Origin: a bacterium | Lineage (GTDB): Bacteria; Zhuqueibacterota; Zhuqueibacteria; Oceanimicrobiales; Oceanimicrobiaceae | Length of the DNA: 57,437 nucleotides | NCBI GenBank assembly: GCA_037446635.1 | Contig: JBBIIG010000026.1 | Coordinates: forward strand, 1-57,437 | Direction of reading: 5' to 3' | Shown: one piece after another, positions 39,502-49,387 of the stretch | Layout of the letters: each line of letters begins with the position of its first letter | Position numbering within the stretch: the first letter of the stretch is position 1 | Position numbers and translations under genes: made by a program | Notes under the pieces: generated by a model | The model's database searches: none | The model's input: only the letters and a program-made list of their open reading frames with translations | What the model was told of the DNA's origin: nothing

Positions 39502-39636
39502 CGCAAAGCTCCGCTTTGCGCCTCTCAAAACAGAGCTTTGAGTTACGTGCGCATGTGCCGCGAAATAATTTTTGCGTGGAAATTGTAATCAAAATCAGTG
39601 ATTCTAAAAATTCAAATTTGATCGGAGGGATTCAAG

Positions 39637-40317
39637 ATGTGGAAAAATTTTTTCTTTTTTGCAGGGGCGATTTTTATAACGGCGCAATTGAGTTGTTTGG
39701 GAGACGATACCCCCACCACGCCGCCGACGGACAATCGCCCAGTGATCACCACGATCGAGGCCTCGCCATTTACAATTCAGCCGGGGACCGCTTGCGCCAT
39801 CAGCGTTACCGCCAGCGACCCCAACGATGATCCTTTGACCTTTTTGTTTGAGGCAATCGGCGGCGAGATCGTAGGTTCCAACAACACGGCGATATTCACC
39901 GCGGATGGCAATGAAGGCGTCGCCTGGGTTAAAGTGACCGTCAGCGATGATGAGGGACTGAGTCGCGTGGGATTTGTGACCGTCAATAAATTCGTCACCG
40001 CGCCGTTGATCAGCTTGGGCGTGCTGTCGCTGGACGCCGCCAGCACGGCTAACCAGTGTCTGGCGTTCTCCATTCTTCCGACCCAGGAAATCATTTTGTT
40101 GAACACAATTATTGAAAATCCCATCGGTCAAACATTCAACATTACCGGGCCATCGATCATCCCCGCGGGGCAGGTCTTTGCGCTGCAGCCGCAGGGCTCG
40201 TGCTACAATTTGCACGCCGGAACCTATTCGTTCACCTTCCGAATTCGGCGGAATTTTGATGAGACGCCCTTTGATTTCGTCGCCACTCATGTCCAGCCGG
40301 CCGGCCCGCCGTTGTGA
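39637..40317 (+). CDS. Lipoprotein with Ig-like (PKD/cadherin-like) domain
   Basis: QLSC lipobox-like; NRPVI..VTASDPNDDPLTF..VTVSD; GGAGG RBS. Confidence 0.65.
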   Translation: MWKNFFFFAGAIFITAQLSCLGDDTPTTPPTDNRPVITTIEASPFTIQPGTACAISVTASDPNDDPLTFLFEAIGGEIVGSNNTAIFTADGNEGVAWVKVTVSDDEGLSRVGFVTVNKFVTAPLISLGVLSLDAASTANQCLAFSILPTQEIILLNTIIENPIGQTFNITGPSIIPAGQVFALQPQGSCYNLHAGTYSFTFRIRRNFDETPFDFVATHVQPAGPPL

Positions 40318-40324
40318 AATTAAA

Positions 40325-40459
40325 AACCCTGGGCTGTCCAAAATGTCGATTTTTGTTGAATGTCATGCCCGCATGCTTTTAGCGAGCATTCGATAAAATC
40401 ACAACTCCCGCTAAAAACATGCGGGAGTGACTGATGGGCTTTTGGACAGCCCCAGGGTT
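40325..40459. mobile_element. MITE-like element with GGGCTGTCCAAAA IRs and GTCATGCCCG..CGGGAGTGAC core
   Basis: Terminal IRs shared with 15450 and 41924 copies. Confidence 0.75.
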
Positions 40460-40465
40460 GATTTT

Positions 40466-41875
40466 TTAAAACGGCATGTTGAACGGCGAGACGCGGTTAT
40501 CCGCCAGAATTTGATTCATGTCGAAGGCAATGATCACGTTGTCTCCCGCGATGGTGAAATGATCGAGACCATCGCCGGCCGGGATGTAGCCTGGAACCAA
40601 CACCGCGGTGCCGAGATCGCCGGCGTTAATGGAGGTGTTGGTTTCGATCTCCAGCTCCATCATCGGCAAGCGAATGCCGAGATCGTTCATCCGCCTTCCT
40701 TCATAAAAGAAAATTTCCTGGCGCGCGAGATAGAGAGTGCGGAAGATGGCAACCGCATCCGTCAGCGCCGCCACCGCCGCAGCGTTGAGGCTGGTGGCGG
40801 AAATCGTCGGCACAGGCACCACGGCCCCGCGCGGTAAAATCAAGCCGTCGATGGCCGGCGCCGTCGGGCTGGCCTGCACGGTTCCGCCCTGCGGCCGGCC
40901 CAAACGGGGATCGGGATCGAAGAACGATCGCCGCGGCCGGCTGTCGGCCAGGTTGATGGCGTTCACCAACTGCTGGACCGCGCCGGCGTTGTCGCCATCG
41001 GAGAGCGCAGCCTCGGCCAAAATCAAATAGGCTTCTTCCAATTTGACCGCGGGGATATCGGAATCGCGATCGATGTATTTAGGATCGAGAAAATCCAGCC
41101 GCGGCAGAGGCTGCACGTCGTTGAGCGCCCGGCTCACCGCAAATTGAAACGGGTTGTTGATGTTGTTGGCGGCGTCGTAGCGCGCGGGAAACACAAAGTT
41201 ACCGGCGCCGGCCAGCGCAAGATTGGCCTCTTGAACAGCGTTGGTTTTATCGCCCAGCAGACGGTAGGCCCGCGCTCTGACGATGTGAATGCGGGTAGCA
41301 AAATCTCCCTGGGAATTGGTGTTTAGCGCCTGGGTGAAATCAGCGAGCGCCAATTGCAGCAATTGCGCCGCCGGCACCGCGGGCCCGCCTTCCACCACCG
41401 GCGCCGCCTGGAAGTTTTCGCCGGCCAGCAGATTGGCCATGCCGCGGTAAAAATAGGCCTCGGCTAATTGCTCGGGCGTGGCCTGAATATCGCTGGGGAT
41501 GACGACGGTGATGGTGAAATCCGCCAGCGCCCGTAATTCCTGAATTTCGAAATAGGGCCCGCTGGTGGTGTGGTTTAGAGTCAGATCGTCCGGGCGGATG
41601 TTTCGGGGGAAGTCGGTTTCCGGCGAAATGAAAGTGGCGACGTTGTCGTAGTTGTCGGAGATCACGTCGGTGTAGTAGGCCACGTCTTCGATGGCGTCCG
41701 AAAACGCGAAGGCCACGCCGTTTAAGAACGGCCCGGTGGCGCCGGTGCCGCCCTCCCGCAGGCTCTCTTCAGTTGTCTGTGGGTTGCGCACATCGGTGGG
41801 GTCGAGAAAATCGCAGCCCGCCAGTGCGAATGCCGCCAGCAGCGCGCCGGGGATAATCATGGATTTAAATTTCAT
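40466..41875 (-). CDS. RagB/SusD-like lipoprotein
   Basis: LAGC lipobox; EAYFYRG; RARAYRLLGD; EEAYLILAEA; RQEIFFYEGRRMNDL; directly downstream of SusC. Confidence 0.8.
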   Translation of the reverse strand: MKFKSMIIPGALLAAFALAGCDFLDPTDVRNPQTTEESLREGGTGATGPFLNGVAFAFSDAIEDVAYYTDVISDNYDNVATFISPETDFPRNIRPDDLTLNHTTSGPYFEIQELRALADFTITVVIPSDIQATPEQLAEAYFYRGMANLLAGENFQAAPVVEGGPAVPAAQLLQLALADFTQALNTNSQGDFATRIHIVRARAYRLLGDKTNAVQEANLALAGAGNFVFPARYDAANNINNPFQFAVSRALNDVQPLPRLDFLDPKYIDRDSDIPAVKLEEAYLILAEAALSDGDNAGAVQQLVNAINLADSRPRRSFFDPDPRLGRPQGGTVQASPTAPAIDGLILPRGAVVPVPTISATSLNAAAVAALTDAVAIFRTLYLARQEIFFYEGRRMNDLGIRLPMMELEIETNTSINAGDLGTAVLVPGYIPAGDGLDHFTIAGDNVIIAFDMNQILADNRVSPFNMPF

Positions 41876-41923
41876 GCTTGTCTCCTCGTAAATTTTAAGT
41901 TCATAATTTTTGGAAATCGGGTA

Positions 41924-42039
41924 GAGCTGTCCAAAAATCCGATTTTAGTTGAATGTCATGCCCACATGTTTTTAGCGGGCATCCATAAGACTCCCGCTAA
42001 AAATATGCGGGAGTGACAGATTGGCTTTTTGGGCAGCCC
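41924..42039. mobile_element. Second copy of the 40325 MITE-like element, between susC and susD
   Basis: GAGCTGTCCAAAAA...TTTTTGGGCAGCCC with near-identical core. Confidence 0.75.
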
Positions 42040-42096
42040 TTTTTTACATCGCAGACTAAAAAGTCTGCGGCTACTGCAACCGCGGCTGCTGAAATC

Positions 42097-44940
42097 TTAG
42101 ATGCCCACTTGCAAGCCGAAGCGAACTTCCCGCGGCGGCGGCAGTGTGAAGAAGTTGATGCCGCCAACGTCGGTGTTGGTGACGTTGCCGGTGGTCAGGC
42201 CGTGCACCTCGGGATCCATGTCGTCGTTGTCCGCAAAAATGAACGCATTCCGGATGCTCGCGAACAGCATCAGGCTGGTGTTGAAATATTTTCGGGGGAC
42301 GCGATACGACGCGCTGATCTCCCGAATCTTGAAAAAGCTGGCGTCTTCCACAAACACGTGCGACGCGGTGACGAAGCTGTAGCCGTCGGGCACCTTGCTG
42401 GCTTGCGGCTCGCCGCCGTTAAAGAAGCGCAGCACCGAGCCGGTATTCAACGAGTAGCCGCCGCTCTGGCCGTCGCCCAAAATATTGAGCTGGAAATTTT
42501 TCAAGATGACGAAATTGGCGCTGATCGAGTAATAGTTGTCGGCCAGCGGCGAGAGCTCCAAAACCGTCTCGAAATCGCCGTCGAATTCGCCAGTAACCGG
42601 ATCGCGAACCGGCTTATTGGTGCGGAAGACGCCCACCGGCTTGCCTTCTTCCACGCGCTGCGGCAGAAACGAAAAGCCGCCGAGGCTAAAGGGCTGAGCG
42701 CCGCCGAGACTGGCGACTTCGTTGTTCAAAGTCGAGAACGAACCCTGCAGCGAGAAGCGGAAGTTGCGGTGGTCGATCACCGTGGCGTTGAGGCCGATCT
42801 CGATGCCGTTGTTTTCAATGACGCCGACGTTGCGCAACTGGTTTCCCAAACCGGAGGCCGGCTGGCTGGGCACGGTCAACAGCGCGTCTTCGGTTCTTTC
42901 ATCAAACACCGTGAACTCGACGCCGATGCGGTCGTCCAGCAGGGCGGCGTCAAAGCCGTATTCGATGGTGCGAGTTTTTTCCGGCGCGAGATTGGGATCG
43001 CCGGGGTTGCCGAAGCTCGCCGCCACACCCTCCAAAAATGAAACCTGGTTGAAAGTTTTATCGCGGGTGAACGGGTCCGGGAAGCTGCCGGTTTTTCCCC
43101 ACGAGAAGCGGCCTTTCAACTGGTTGAGCAGTTGCCCCCACGGCAGCTTGCTCCAAAACGGTTCGTCGGAGATGCTGTAAGCGACGCCAAATTTGGGATA
43201 CGATTGCAGACTCACCTCGTCGCCAAACGCGGTGTTGCCGTCGAAACGGATGCCGGCGTTCAGAAACAAACGATCTTTGATTCCGATCTGCTCGTTGAAG
43301 TAAAACCCGCCGCTGAACACTTCCTGGTTGGATTCCAGCGGCGCAAGATTGGCGGCGTTGTCGAAATCATCGGTGCCGGGCAAGCCGAACTGCGTGGCCG
43401 AAACTTGCGATTCGCGATCGTCCTCGCGGAAACCCTGCGCGCCGAAGGTAAACGTCGAAGTAAAAAATCCCTGCTGGGGATATTTAATGGTGCCAGCGTA
43501 ATCGATGGTGGTGGTCAGGAATTCGCGGTCGGAGCGGAACAGGCCGCCGCCGGGCGTGCTGGTTACGTTTTGCGAAGCAATCGGCAGAAATTGGCGCTCT
43601 TCGCTTTTGCGATAATCTACCCCTACTGTCAAGCGCGTGGAAAAATATTTGGAAGCGTCGTAGGTGGCAGTCGCTCCCACGTTGAAGCGGTTGACGTTAT
43701 AGGTGAGATCAGGCAGCAGATATTCATTCAACAGCGCGATTCGCTGCTGCTCGTCCACGCCTTCGCCAAAGAATTGCGGGTCGCGCGACTCGATGGCGCC
43801 GTAAACATCGGCGATGGCGTTGTTGTTGTACATGCGCTCGTAATCGTCCCGCACCAGGCCGCTGGAAAAATCGATCTGCAGCTTCTCATTTGGGAAGGCG
43901 CGCAGCCCGGCGCGAAACGAAAACTGGCGGTCATCGTTTTTGGGCAGCACGCCCTCGCTCTCCAAAACGTGTCCGCTCAAATGATAGGTCATGAACTCGC
44001 TGCCGCCGTCCAAGCTGCCGGAGTATTTTTGAAAATAACCGCTGTCCAGCAGGCGGTCTTTCGTGAAATCTTCGATGATGAATTTGGTTTCCGGACTGTT
44101 CACGCCCTGTTCGACTTTGAAGTTGAAGCGCGGCGCGCCGGCCTTGCCTTTCTTGGTAAAAATCTGAATCACCCCGGAAGCGGCCTCCGAGCCGTAGAGC
44201 GTAGAGGCGGCGCCGCCTTTGGTCACCTCCACCCGTTCAATATCGCCAACTAAAATATCCGAAAGGGCGCTGGTTGCCAGGCCGCCGGTTTGCTGCTCGA
44301 GGCGGAAGTTGTCGTTGTTGTCAACCCGCACGCCGTCAATGTAAATCACCGGCGTTTGGCTGGAGTTGACGCTGGTGACGCCGCGCAGGCGCACCCGGCT
44401 GCCGGTGCCGGGCGATCCGGAATTGATGTTGACCGTGCCGCCAGCGACCCGCCCCTGCAAAAGATGATCGATGGATTGCACCGGCGCGGCTTCGATTTGT
44501 TCGCGGTTGATGGTGGCGATGGCGGTGGCGAGCTCCTTTTTCTTCACCTCGTAACCGGTGCCGGTCACCACAATTTCGTCCATCTGCAGCGCGCTCGCTT
44601 TGAGAGAAAAATTAAGCCGAATCTCCTCGCCGGCAATGACGGTAATCTCATCCTCTCGCGAGTGGTAGCCAACGTAATTGGCCACGACCACGTATTTTCC
44701 CGGCGGGACGTTGGAGATTTTGTACGACCCATCGCTGCCGGAGGCCGCCCCCAATACCGTGCCTTTGATAAAGACGTTGGTTCCAACCAGCGGCTCGCCG
44801 GATTTCTGATCGATAACAATTCCGGTGACGATACCGGTGTTCTGCGCCAACGCCGCGCTGGTAAAGACGCACAGCAACAACGCCGTCAATAAAATGCGCC
44901 GCCGGCGAGAATTCGAGAGCTTCGTTCGAGTAGATTGCAT
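42097..44940 (-). CDS. SusC/RagA-family TonB-dependent transporter
   Basis: LQGRVAG; RLRGVTS..PVIYIDGV; IERVEVTKGGAASTLYGSEAASGVIQIFTKKG; VEDASFFKIREIS. Confidence 0.92.
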   Translation of the reverse strand: MQSTRTKLSNSRRRRILLTALLLCVFTSAALAQNTGIVTGIVIDQKSGEPLVGTNVFIKGTVLGAASGSDGSYKISNVPPGKYVVVANYVGYHSREDEITVIAGEEIRLNFSLKASALQMDEIVVTGTGYEVKKKELATAIATINREQIEAAPVQSIDHLLQGRVAGGTVNINSGSPGTGSRVRLRGVTSVNSSQTPVIYIDGVRVDNNDNFRLEQQTGGLATSALSDILVGDIERVEVTKGGAASTLYGSEAASGVIQIFTKKGKAGAPRFNFKVEQGVNSPETKFIIEDFTKDRLLDSGYFQKYSGSLDGGSEFMTYHLSGHVLESEGVLPKNDDRQFSFRAGLRAFPNEKLQIDFSSGLVRDDYERMYNNNAIADVYGAIESRDPQFFGEGVDEQQRIALLNEYLLPDLTYNVNRFNVGATATYDASKYFSTRLTVGVDYRKSEERQFLPIASQNVTSTPGGGLFRSDREFLTTTIDYAGTIKYPQQGFFTSTFTFGAQGFREDDRESQVSATQFGLPGTDDFDNAANLAPLESNQEVFSGGFYFNEQIGIKDRLFLNAGIRFDGNTAFGDEVSLQSYPKFGVAYSISDEPFWSKLPWGQLLNQLKGRFSWGKTGSFPDPFTRDKTFNQVSFLEGVAASFGNPGDPNLAPEKTRTIEYGFDAALLDDRIGVEFTVFDERTEDALLTVPSQPASGLGNQLRNVGVIENNGIEIGLNATVIDHRNFRFSLQGSFSTLNNEVASLGGAQPFSLGGFSFLPQRVEEGKPVGVFRTNKPVRDPVTGEFDGDFETVLELSPLADNYYSISANFVILKNFQLNILGDGQSGGYSLNTGSVLRFFNGGEPQASKVPDGYSFVTASHVFVEDASFFKIREISASYRVPRKYFNTSLMLFASIRNAFIFADNDDMDPEVHGLTTGNVTNTDVGGINFFTLPPPREVRFGLQVGI

Positions 44941-45105
44941 CTTCGATACCTCCTTAAATTGAATTGAAATTGAAATAGCTGCGCAAGCGAAAATGACATC
45001 GCGACCTATGAGTCGCTCACATAGCCGTTCACGAGACTCACCTCCTTAGGTATAAAAAATTTTATCTTCTATTCTCACGCAAAGTCGCCAAGGCGCGAAG
45101 GAAAC

Positions 45106-45135
45106 CGGAGTGCAAAACTTAAGTTTTGCACTCCG
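45106..45135. repeat. Perfect 30-bp palindrome
   Basis: CGGAGTGCAAAACTTAAGTTTTGCACTCCG. Confidence 0.8.
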
Positions 45136-45218
45136 TTCTTGAAAGCGCTATCGGCTCGTTTGATTAGAATGGTGTAAAAAAGAGGCACAAAAGGTTGGAC
45201 AAAAACGAAAATTTTGGC

Positions 45219-45247
45219 TTGACTTTGTCGAAGGCAAAATTTATATT
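45219..45247 (+). promoter_or_regulatory. sigma70 promoter with no downstream ORF
   Basis: TTGACT-N17-TATATT. Confidence 0.6.
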
Positions 45248-45252
45248 GCGGG

Positions 45253-45320
45253 TGTTTGTCAGGCTGTCCAAGCCTTTCATGCCGGCTCAGTGAGAGGGGC
45301 TACTCTCACTGGGCTTTTTT
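45253..45320 (+). ncRNA. Candidate ~68-nt sRNA antisense to the susC leader
   Basis: Promoter followed by a small hairpin and a 12-bp terminator stem GCTCAGTGAGAG/CTCTCACTGGGC plus T6. Confidence 0.5.
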
Positions 45321-45358
45321 ATTGCTCCCTCCAAATAAGATTTTCACCGCTCTATTTT

Positions 45359-45374
45359 TGCAATCAATATGCCA
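45359..45374 (-). promoter_or_regulatory. Putative sigma54 (-24/-12) promoter facing susC
   Basis: TGGCATATTGATTGCA with GG-N10-GC spacing. Confidence 0.55.
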
Positions 45375-45601
45375 GGAAATTTCCGGCAAAAATAATTAGA
45401 ATAGAATCAAGCGATAATTAAAAGGGGAGCAAAGTTCTTTCGTGCAATTGCTTGCATCCAGCGGCGGCGTCGAATTGCACTGTCAAATTTTGTGCAGAAG
45501 GGCGGAGTGAAAAAAGCAGGGCGCCAACGCGGCTGCCGGTGAATTTGCAAACGGCCGATTGGCGCCAAATTGTGGTGCTAAATTTTAATCAATGTTTTGC
45601 A

Positions 45602-46909
45602 CTAAAACCAAAACGGCAGGTCGTCATCTTCTCTGGGGTTGACCAAACGAAACTCTCCGAAGCCGGCGATATCGACGAAGACAAACTTGCGATTCAAATT
45701 GATATATTCCCAGACTTCGTAGGTTCGAAAACCAAGGTTGGTTTTGTAGCGATCGACATAAGTGGGCCGTCCGCATTTGACGTAAACTTGGCCTTGCTCC
45801 GATTCCCACCCCTCGCCTTTGGCGTAAATGAATTTTTCGTTGGCATAGCTGATGCGCTCTAAAAATTCCATCTGCAATTCATTTTGAGCCGTTTCCGGAA
45901 TCGGATCGCGTTTTTGCCAGAATTTGGCCAGGCCGAGCGCGCGTTCCGCGCTGGGCAGGGATTTCAAATCATCGAGTTCTTTTAAAGATGCGAAGACGGC
46001 AAGCTGCCGCATGATTTTGCTGAATTCGGTATCGGATAAAAGCTCTTTTCTGCCGACGATTTTGAATTCGGTGCGGTTGGAAAATTCCGTTCCGCTGTTG
46101 TCCCACACTGTCAGCGCCAACGTGTAGGCGCCGGGTTTGAGGTCGCCGATGGCAAGCCCCACACAAAGGGTGGAAGGGGCGTCGATGAAAGTATAATCAA
46201 AATCGAATGTCTTGGTAGCGACGCCTTCGCTGTTCATTATCGACAACTCGGCTCGCAAACTGCCGCCGCTGCCGTTGTGACTGTTCGGCAGGTTGTAGAT
46301 TTCGCTGTACACAAAGATCGAGTCCTGACTAAGCGGCAGGGTTTTGGAGACGCACGGTTGGATGTTCATTTGGTTCTTCCTCAAGCCCAGTTGTTGGTTG
46401 GAGCTTGACAACGCCGTGGCAAGCTGCAAATCGCTCAACGCAGGTTGGGTCCAGTAATCCGGGACCACGAGGTTTTGGTGGGCGTCAAAGTGCGATCCCG
46501 CTTCCAAATCCCGGATGCGGACGGAGATGAGATATTCCTGCGGCGACACAATTAAAGGAATTCGCACCAAATGGGGCTGCGCCTTTGCAATTTCCTTAAA
46601 ATTATTGACGGTGATGGAGTCGCGATAGGTGAGGTTGCTGGTTTTAAACGAGGTGAGATTTTGGACGGCGATGGCAATTTCGTAGCGCGCGCTGAACCAC
46701 TCCTCACTTTTGACAAATTGCAGGTTTGCCGCGGGTATTTCGCACAGAATTTCCACCACGGTTTTTTGTTTTTGATCAGCGCGAAAGGTGAGAAAATCGA
46801 TGGCAAAGCTGTTCTCGCGCACGGCGTCCGCGCCGGCAAAAAGCGGCACGGCGGCGAGGGTTACCGCGACTAATAAAAAAGTTTTTAGAATTAATCCGAC
46901 TCGATCCAT
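45602..46909 (-). CDS. GWxTD-domain protein with variant motif GWESE
   Basis: FWQKRDP.PET..NE....F..RI.YANEKF; GWESEQGQVYVKCGRP; YEVWEY; FVFVD..GFGEFRL. Confidence 0.8.
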   Translation of the reverse strand: MDRVGLILKTFLLVAVTLAAVPLFAGADAVRENSFAIDFLTFRADQKQKTVVEILCEIPAANLQFVKSEEWFSARYEIAIAVQNLTSFKTSNLTYRDSITVNNFKEIAKAQPHLVRIPLIVSPQEYLISVRIRDLEAGSHFDAHQNLVVPDYWTQPALSDLQLATALSSSNQQLGLRKNQMNIQPCVSKTLPLSQDSIFVYSEIYNLPNSHNGSGGSLRAELSIMNSEGVATKTFDFDYTFIDAPSTLCVGLAIGDLKPGAYTLALTVWDNSGTEFSNRTEFKIVGRKELLSDTEFSKIMRQLAVFASLKELDDLKSLPSAERALGLAKFWQKRDPIPETAQNELQMEFLERISYANEKFIYAKGEGWESEQGQVYVKCGRPTYVDRYKTNLGFRTYEVWEYINLNRKFVFVDIAGFGEFRLVNPREDDDLPFWF

Positions 46910-46986
46910 GAGCTACCGTCCTTTTAATTGTGAGAACGATTTCCAACAATTAAAAGTATCGGTAGCCAATTCATTTTTTTGAGCCG

Positions 46987-47376
46987 CTATTTTACATTTA
47001 TCAAGAAAGCCCCACCGGTGTGGCCGGTTCCGAAACGAGTGGTGGCTTCGGAGGGCTGCAAGAAGCGGATCTCCAAAACGTTCAGCGTCGAAATGTTGAC
47101 CAACGATTCCACGCCGCCATAGCGCGCGTTGTTCACGTAAACCATCGGCTCCGAGGAGTCGGAAACGTTGACGGATTTGACCCCGCGCCGCTGGCTTTGC
47201 AGAAGCCATTCCGGTTTGAGCTGTTGGATGGCGTCAAACACATTGGTGGTGCCGGAGTTGACGATTTCTTCTTCGGTGATTAGATATCTCGAGCTGCGAG
47301 GTTTCTGATTGCCGTTGCTGGCGGCGCAGCTCCACAGTAAAAGAGTGGCGGCGAAAACAAATACACATCGGCGCAT
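46987..47376 (-). CDS. Small lipoprotein resembling a stand-alone TonB-receptor plug domain
   Basis: LWSC lipobox; LITEEEI..NVFDAIQQLKP; PMVYVN; EIRFL.PSEATTRFGTGH.GGA. Confidence 0.75.
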   Translation of the reverse strand: MRRCVFVFAATLLLWSCAASNGNQKPRSSRYLITEEEIVNSGTTNVFDAIQQLKPEWLLQSQRRGVKSVNVSDSSEPMVYVNNARYGGVESLVNISTLNVLEIRFLQPSEATTRFGTGHTGGAFLINVK

Positions 47377-47432
47377 GGTTCCTCCTTTAAAATTATTTTG
47401 TGTAAAATCAGATTCTATTCGCTAGCGAAAAA

Positions 47433-47624
47433 TTAATGATAAACCAGTCCCGCGCCGGCGCTGGCGGCCAGAGTGCGGATCATACCCCATTTAAAATGAA
47501 ACAGCGCTGCAAACGCGCCGGCTGCGATGACCGCCGCGGCGAGATCGAGCGTTTCCCATTGCGGAATCAGCAATCGCATTCCCAGCGCATGCGGTTCGTT
47601 CAACGAACCAAAAAGCGTGTGTAC
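47433..47624 (-). pseudogene. Likely C-terminal remnant of a chromate transporter (ChrA family)
   Basis: VHTLFGSL..LLIPQWETLDLAAAVIAAGAFAALFHFKWGMIRTLAASAGAGLVYH*; in-frame stop 6 codons upstream. Confidence 0.55.
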
Positions 47625-47788
47625 TGTTGACGGCCACTTTTACCCACACCCAAAACGCGTCGCGTCGGATGCCGATCCGCAAAGCGGAAAAGCGCACGCC
47701 GTGGCTGGCCAAAGGATCGTCCTTGCTGACAATTTAAGGATTAGCTCGATTTCCATCGCAATAGCTCGCCTTTCGCAAATCATTAATA

Positions 47789-49363
47789 CTAAATCCGGAA
47801 AATGCTGTCATAATGATGTTGCGCCAGTTTCAGAAAATCTTCGCGAACCGTTTTCAGCGCTTTCGGCAGGTATTTCATGATGTCCTCGGCCACAATCCCA
47901 TCCTGGCCGATCTCCGCCGCGGCAAGATCGCCGGCAAGGCCGTGCAGAAACACGCCCATGCGAACCGCGGCCTCGAGCAGCATTCCGAGGCCGGCCATTG
48001 CGGCGATGGCGCCGGTGAGAACGTCGCCGCTGCCGGCGGTGGCCATGCCCGGATTGCCACTGAGGTTGATGAACACGTGGCCGTCCGGATAGCCAATCAG
48101 TGAGTGCGCGCCTTTGAGAACAATCGCCGCGTTGAGTTGGCGCGCCGTTTCTTGCAGCACGTCAATTTTGTTTTCGGAGATTTCGCTGATATCTTTTTGG
48201 GTGAGCCGCGCCATTTCCGCGAGATGCGGCGTGAGGATCGTCGGCGCTTTACGTTTTTTGATGCAGTTCAGATCCGCGGCGATGGCCGTCAGCCCGTCGC
48301 CGTCAATGAGCAGCGGTAGGGGAATTTGCGCCGCCAGCGTTTGCACTAACTTTTGCGTTTCTTCATTGAGAGAAAGCCCCGGTCCCAGCACTACGAAATC
48401 GGCTTTCGCACAAAACTCCAAAATCTGTTTTTTATTTTCCAACGCGATGCTGCCGGATGCCGTTGCCTTTTGCGGCACGAAAATGATTTCGCTGCCCTTG
48501 TTGCCGATGAAGGGCGCCACCAGCTCCGGCGCGGCGAGGAACGAAAGACCGCCGCCGGCTTTTAGAAACGACATCGCCGCAAAATAGGGCGCGCCCAAAT
48601 AATTGGCGGAGCCGGCGATGAACAGCGCTTTGCCGTAGTTGCCTTTATGAGTATCGCTGAAGCGCGGCAGCAAGGGAATCGGATCATTGGTGGCGATTTT
48701 TATTTCTGGTGAATGGTATAGCTCCGGCGGAAACGAAATGTGCGTGACGTACAATTTGCCGCCGTTATCGCAGCCGGGATAAAGCAGGTTGCCCAATTTG
48801 GGAAGGCCGAACGTGATGGTGAAATCGGCTAACACGGCGGCGCCCATGATTTGGCCGGTGTCGCCGTGAATGCCGGAGGGAATGTCGAGGCTGACGATGG
48901 GCAAATCGGTCTCGTTCATCATTTCGATGACTTCGAGAAAGAGGCCATCGACTTTGCGCGTCAAGCCGGTTCCGAAAATGGCATCGACGATGGCGTCGGC
49001 TTCGTCAAGCGCGTCCCAAGCAGCGTCGGCCGATTCCAGTGCGAGGATTTCGATGTCGAGCCGGCGGGCGATGTCGTAATTGGTTTTTGCGGCGCCTTTG
49101 AATTTGTTGGGATCGCCCAAAATGAACACCGTGACCTCGGCGCCGTTGGAATGCAGCTTGCGCGCCACCACCAGGCCGTCGCCGCCGTTGTTGCCCACGC
49201 CGCAGAAGATCACAAAATTGCGGAACTCGACGCCAATTTCTGATCGAATGACAAAGTAGGCGGCATCGCCGGCATTCTCCATCAGCAAATCTTCTGTGAT
49301 GCCGAATTCTTCGCTGGCGCGGCGATCCAGCTCGCGCATTTCACTGACGCGTGAGATTTTCAT
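47789..49363 (-). CDS. nnr: Bifunctional NAD(P)HX epimerase/dehydratase
   Basis: LMENAG; GNNGGDG; DAIFGTG; HKGNYG; TPHLAEMARL; MATAGSGDVLTG. Confidence 0.93.
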   Translation of the reverse strand: MKISRVSEMRELDRRASEEFGITEDLLMENAGDAAYFVIRSEIGVEFRNFVIFCGVGNNGGDGLVVARKLHSNGAEVTVFILGDPNKFKGAAKTNYDIARRLDIEILALESADAAWDALDEADAIVDAIFGTGLTRKVDGLFLEVIEMMNETDLPIVSLDIPSGIHGDTGQIMGAAVLADFTITFGLPKLGNLLYPGCDNGGKLYVTHISFPPELYHSPEIKIATNDPIPLLPRFSDTHKGNYGKALFIAGSANYLGAPYFAAMSFLKAGGGLSFLAAPELVAPFIGNKGSEIIFVPQKATASGSIALENKKQILEFCAKADFVVLGPGLSLNEETQKLVQTLAAQIPLPLLIDGDGLTAIAADLNCIKKRKAPTILTPHLAEMARLTQKDISEISENKIDVLQETARQLNAAIVLKGAHSLIGYPDGHVFINLSGNPGMATAGSGDVLTGAIAAMAGLGMLLEAAVRMGVFLHGLAGDLAAAEIGQDGIVAEDIMKYLPKALKTVREDFLKLAQHHYDSIFRI

Positions 49364-49387
49364 TTGTATCCTCACTTTTAGGCATAG

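Noticed and set aside
45440..45600. NtrC-type enhancer sites
   Set aside because: TGCAC/GTGC half-sites are present but spacing does not match the consensus
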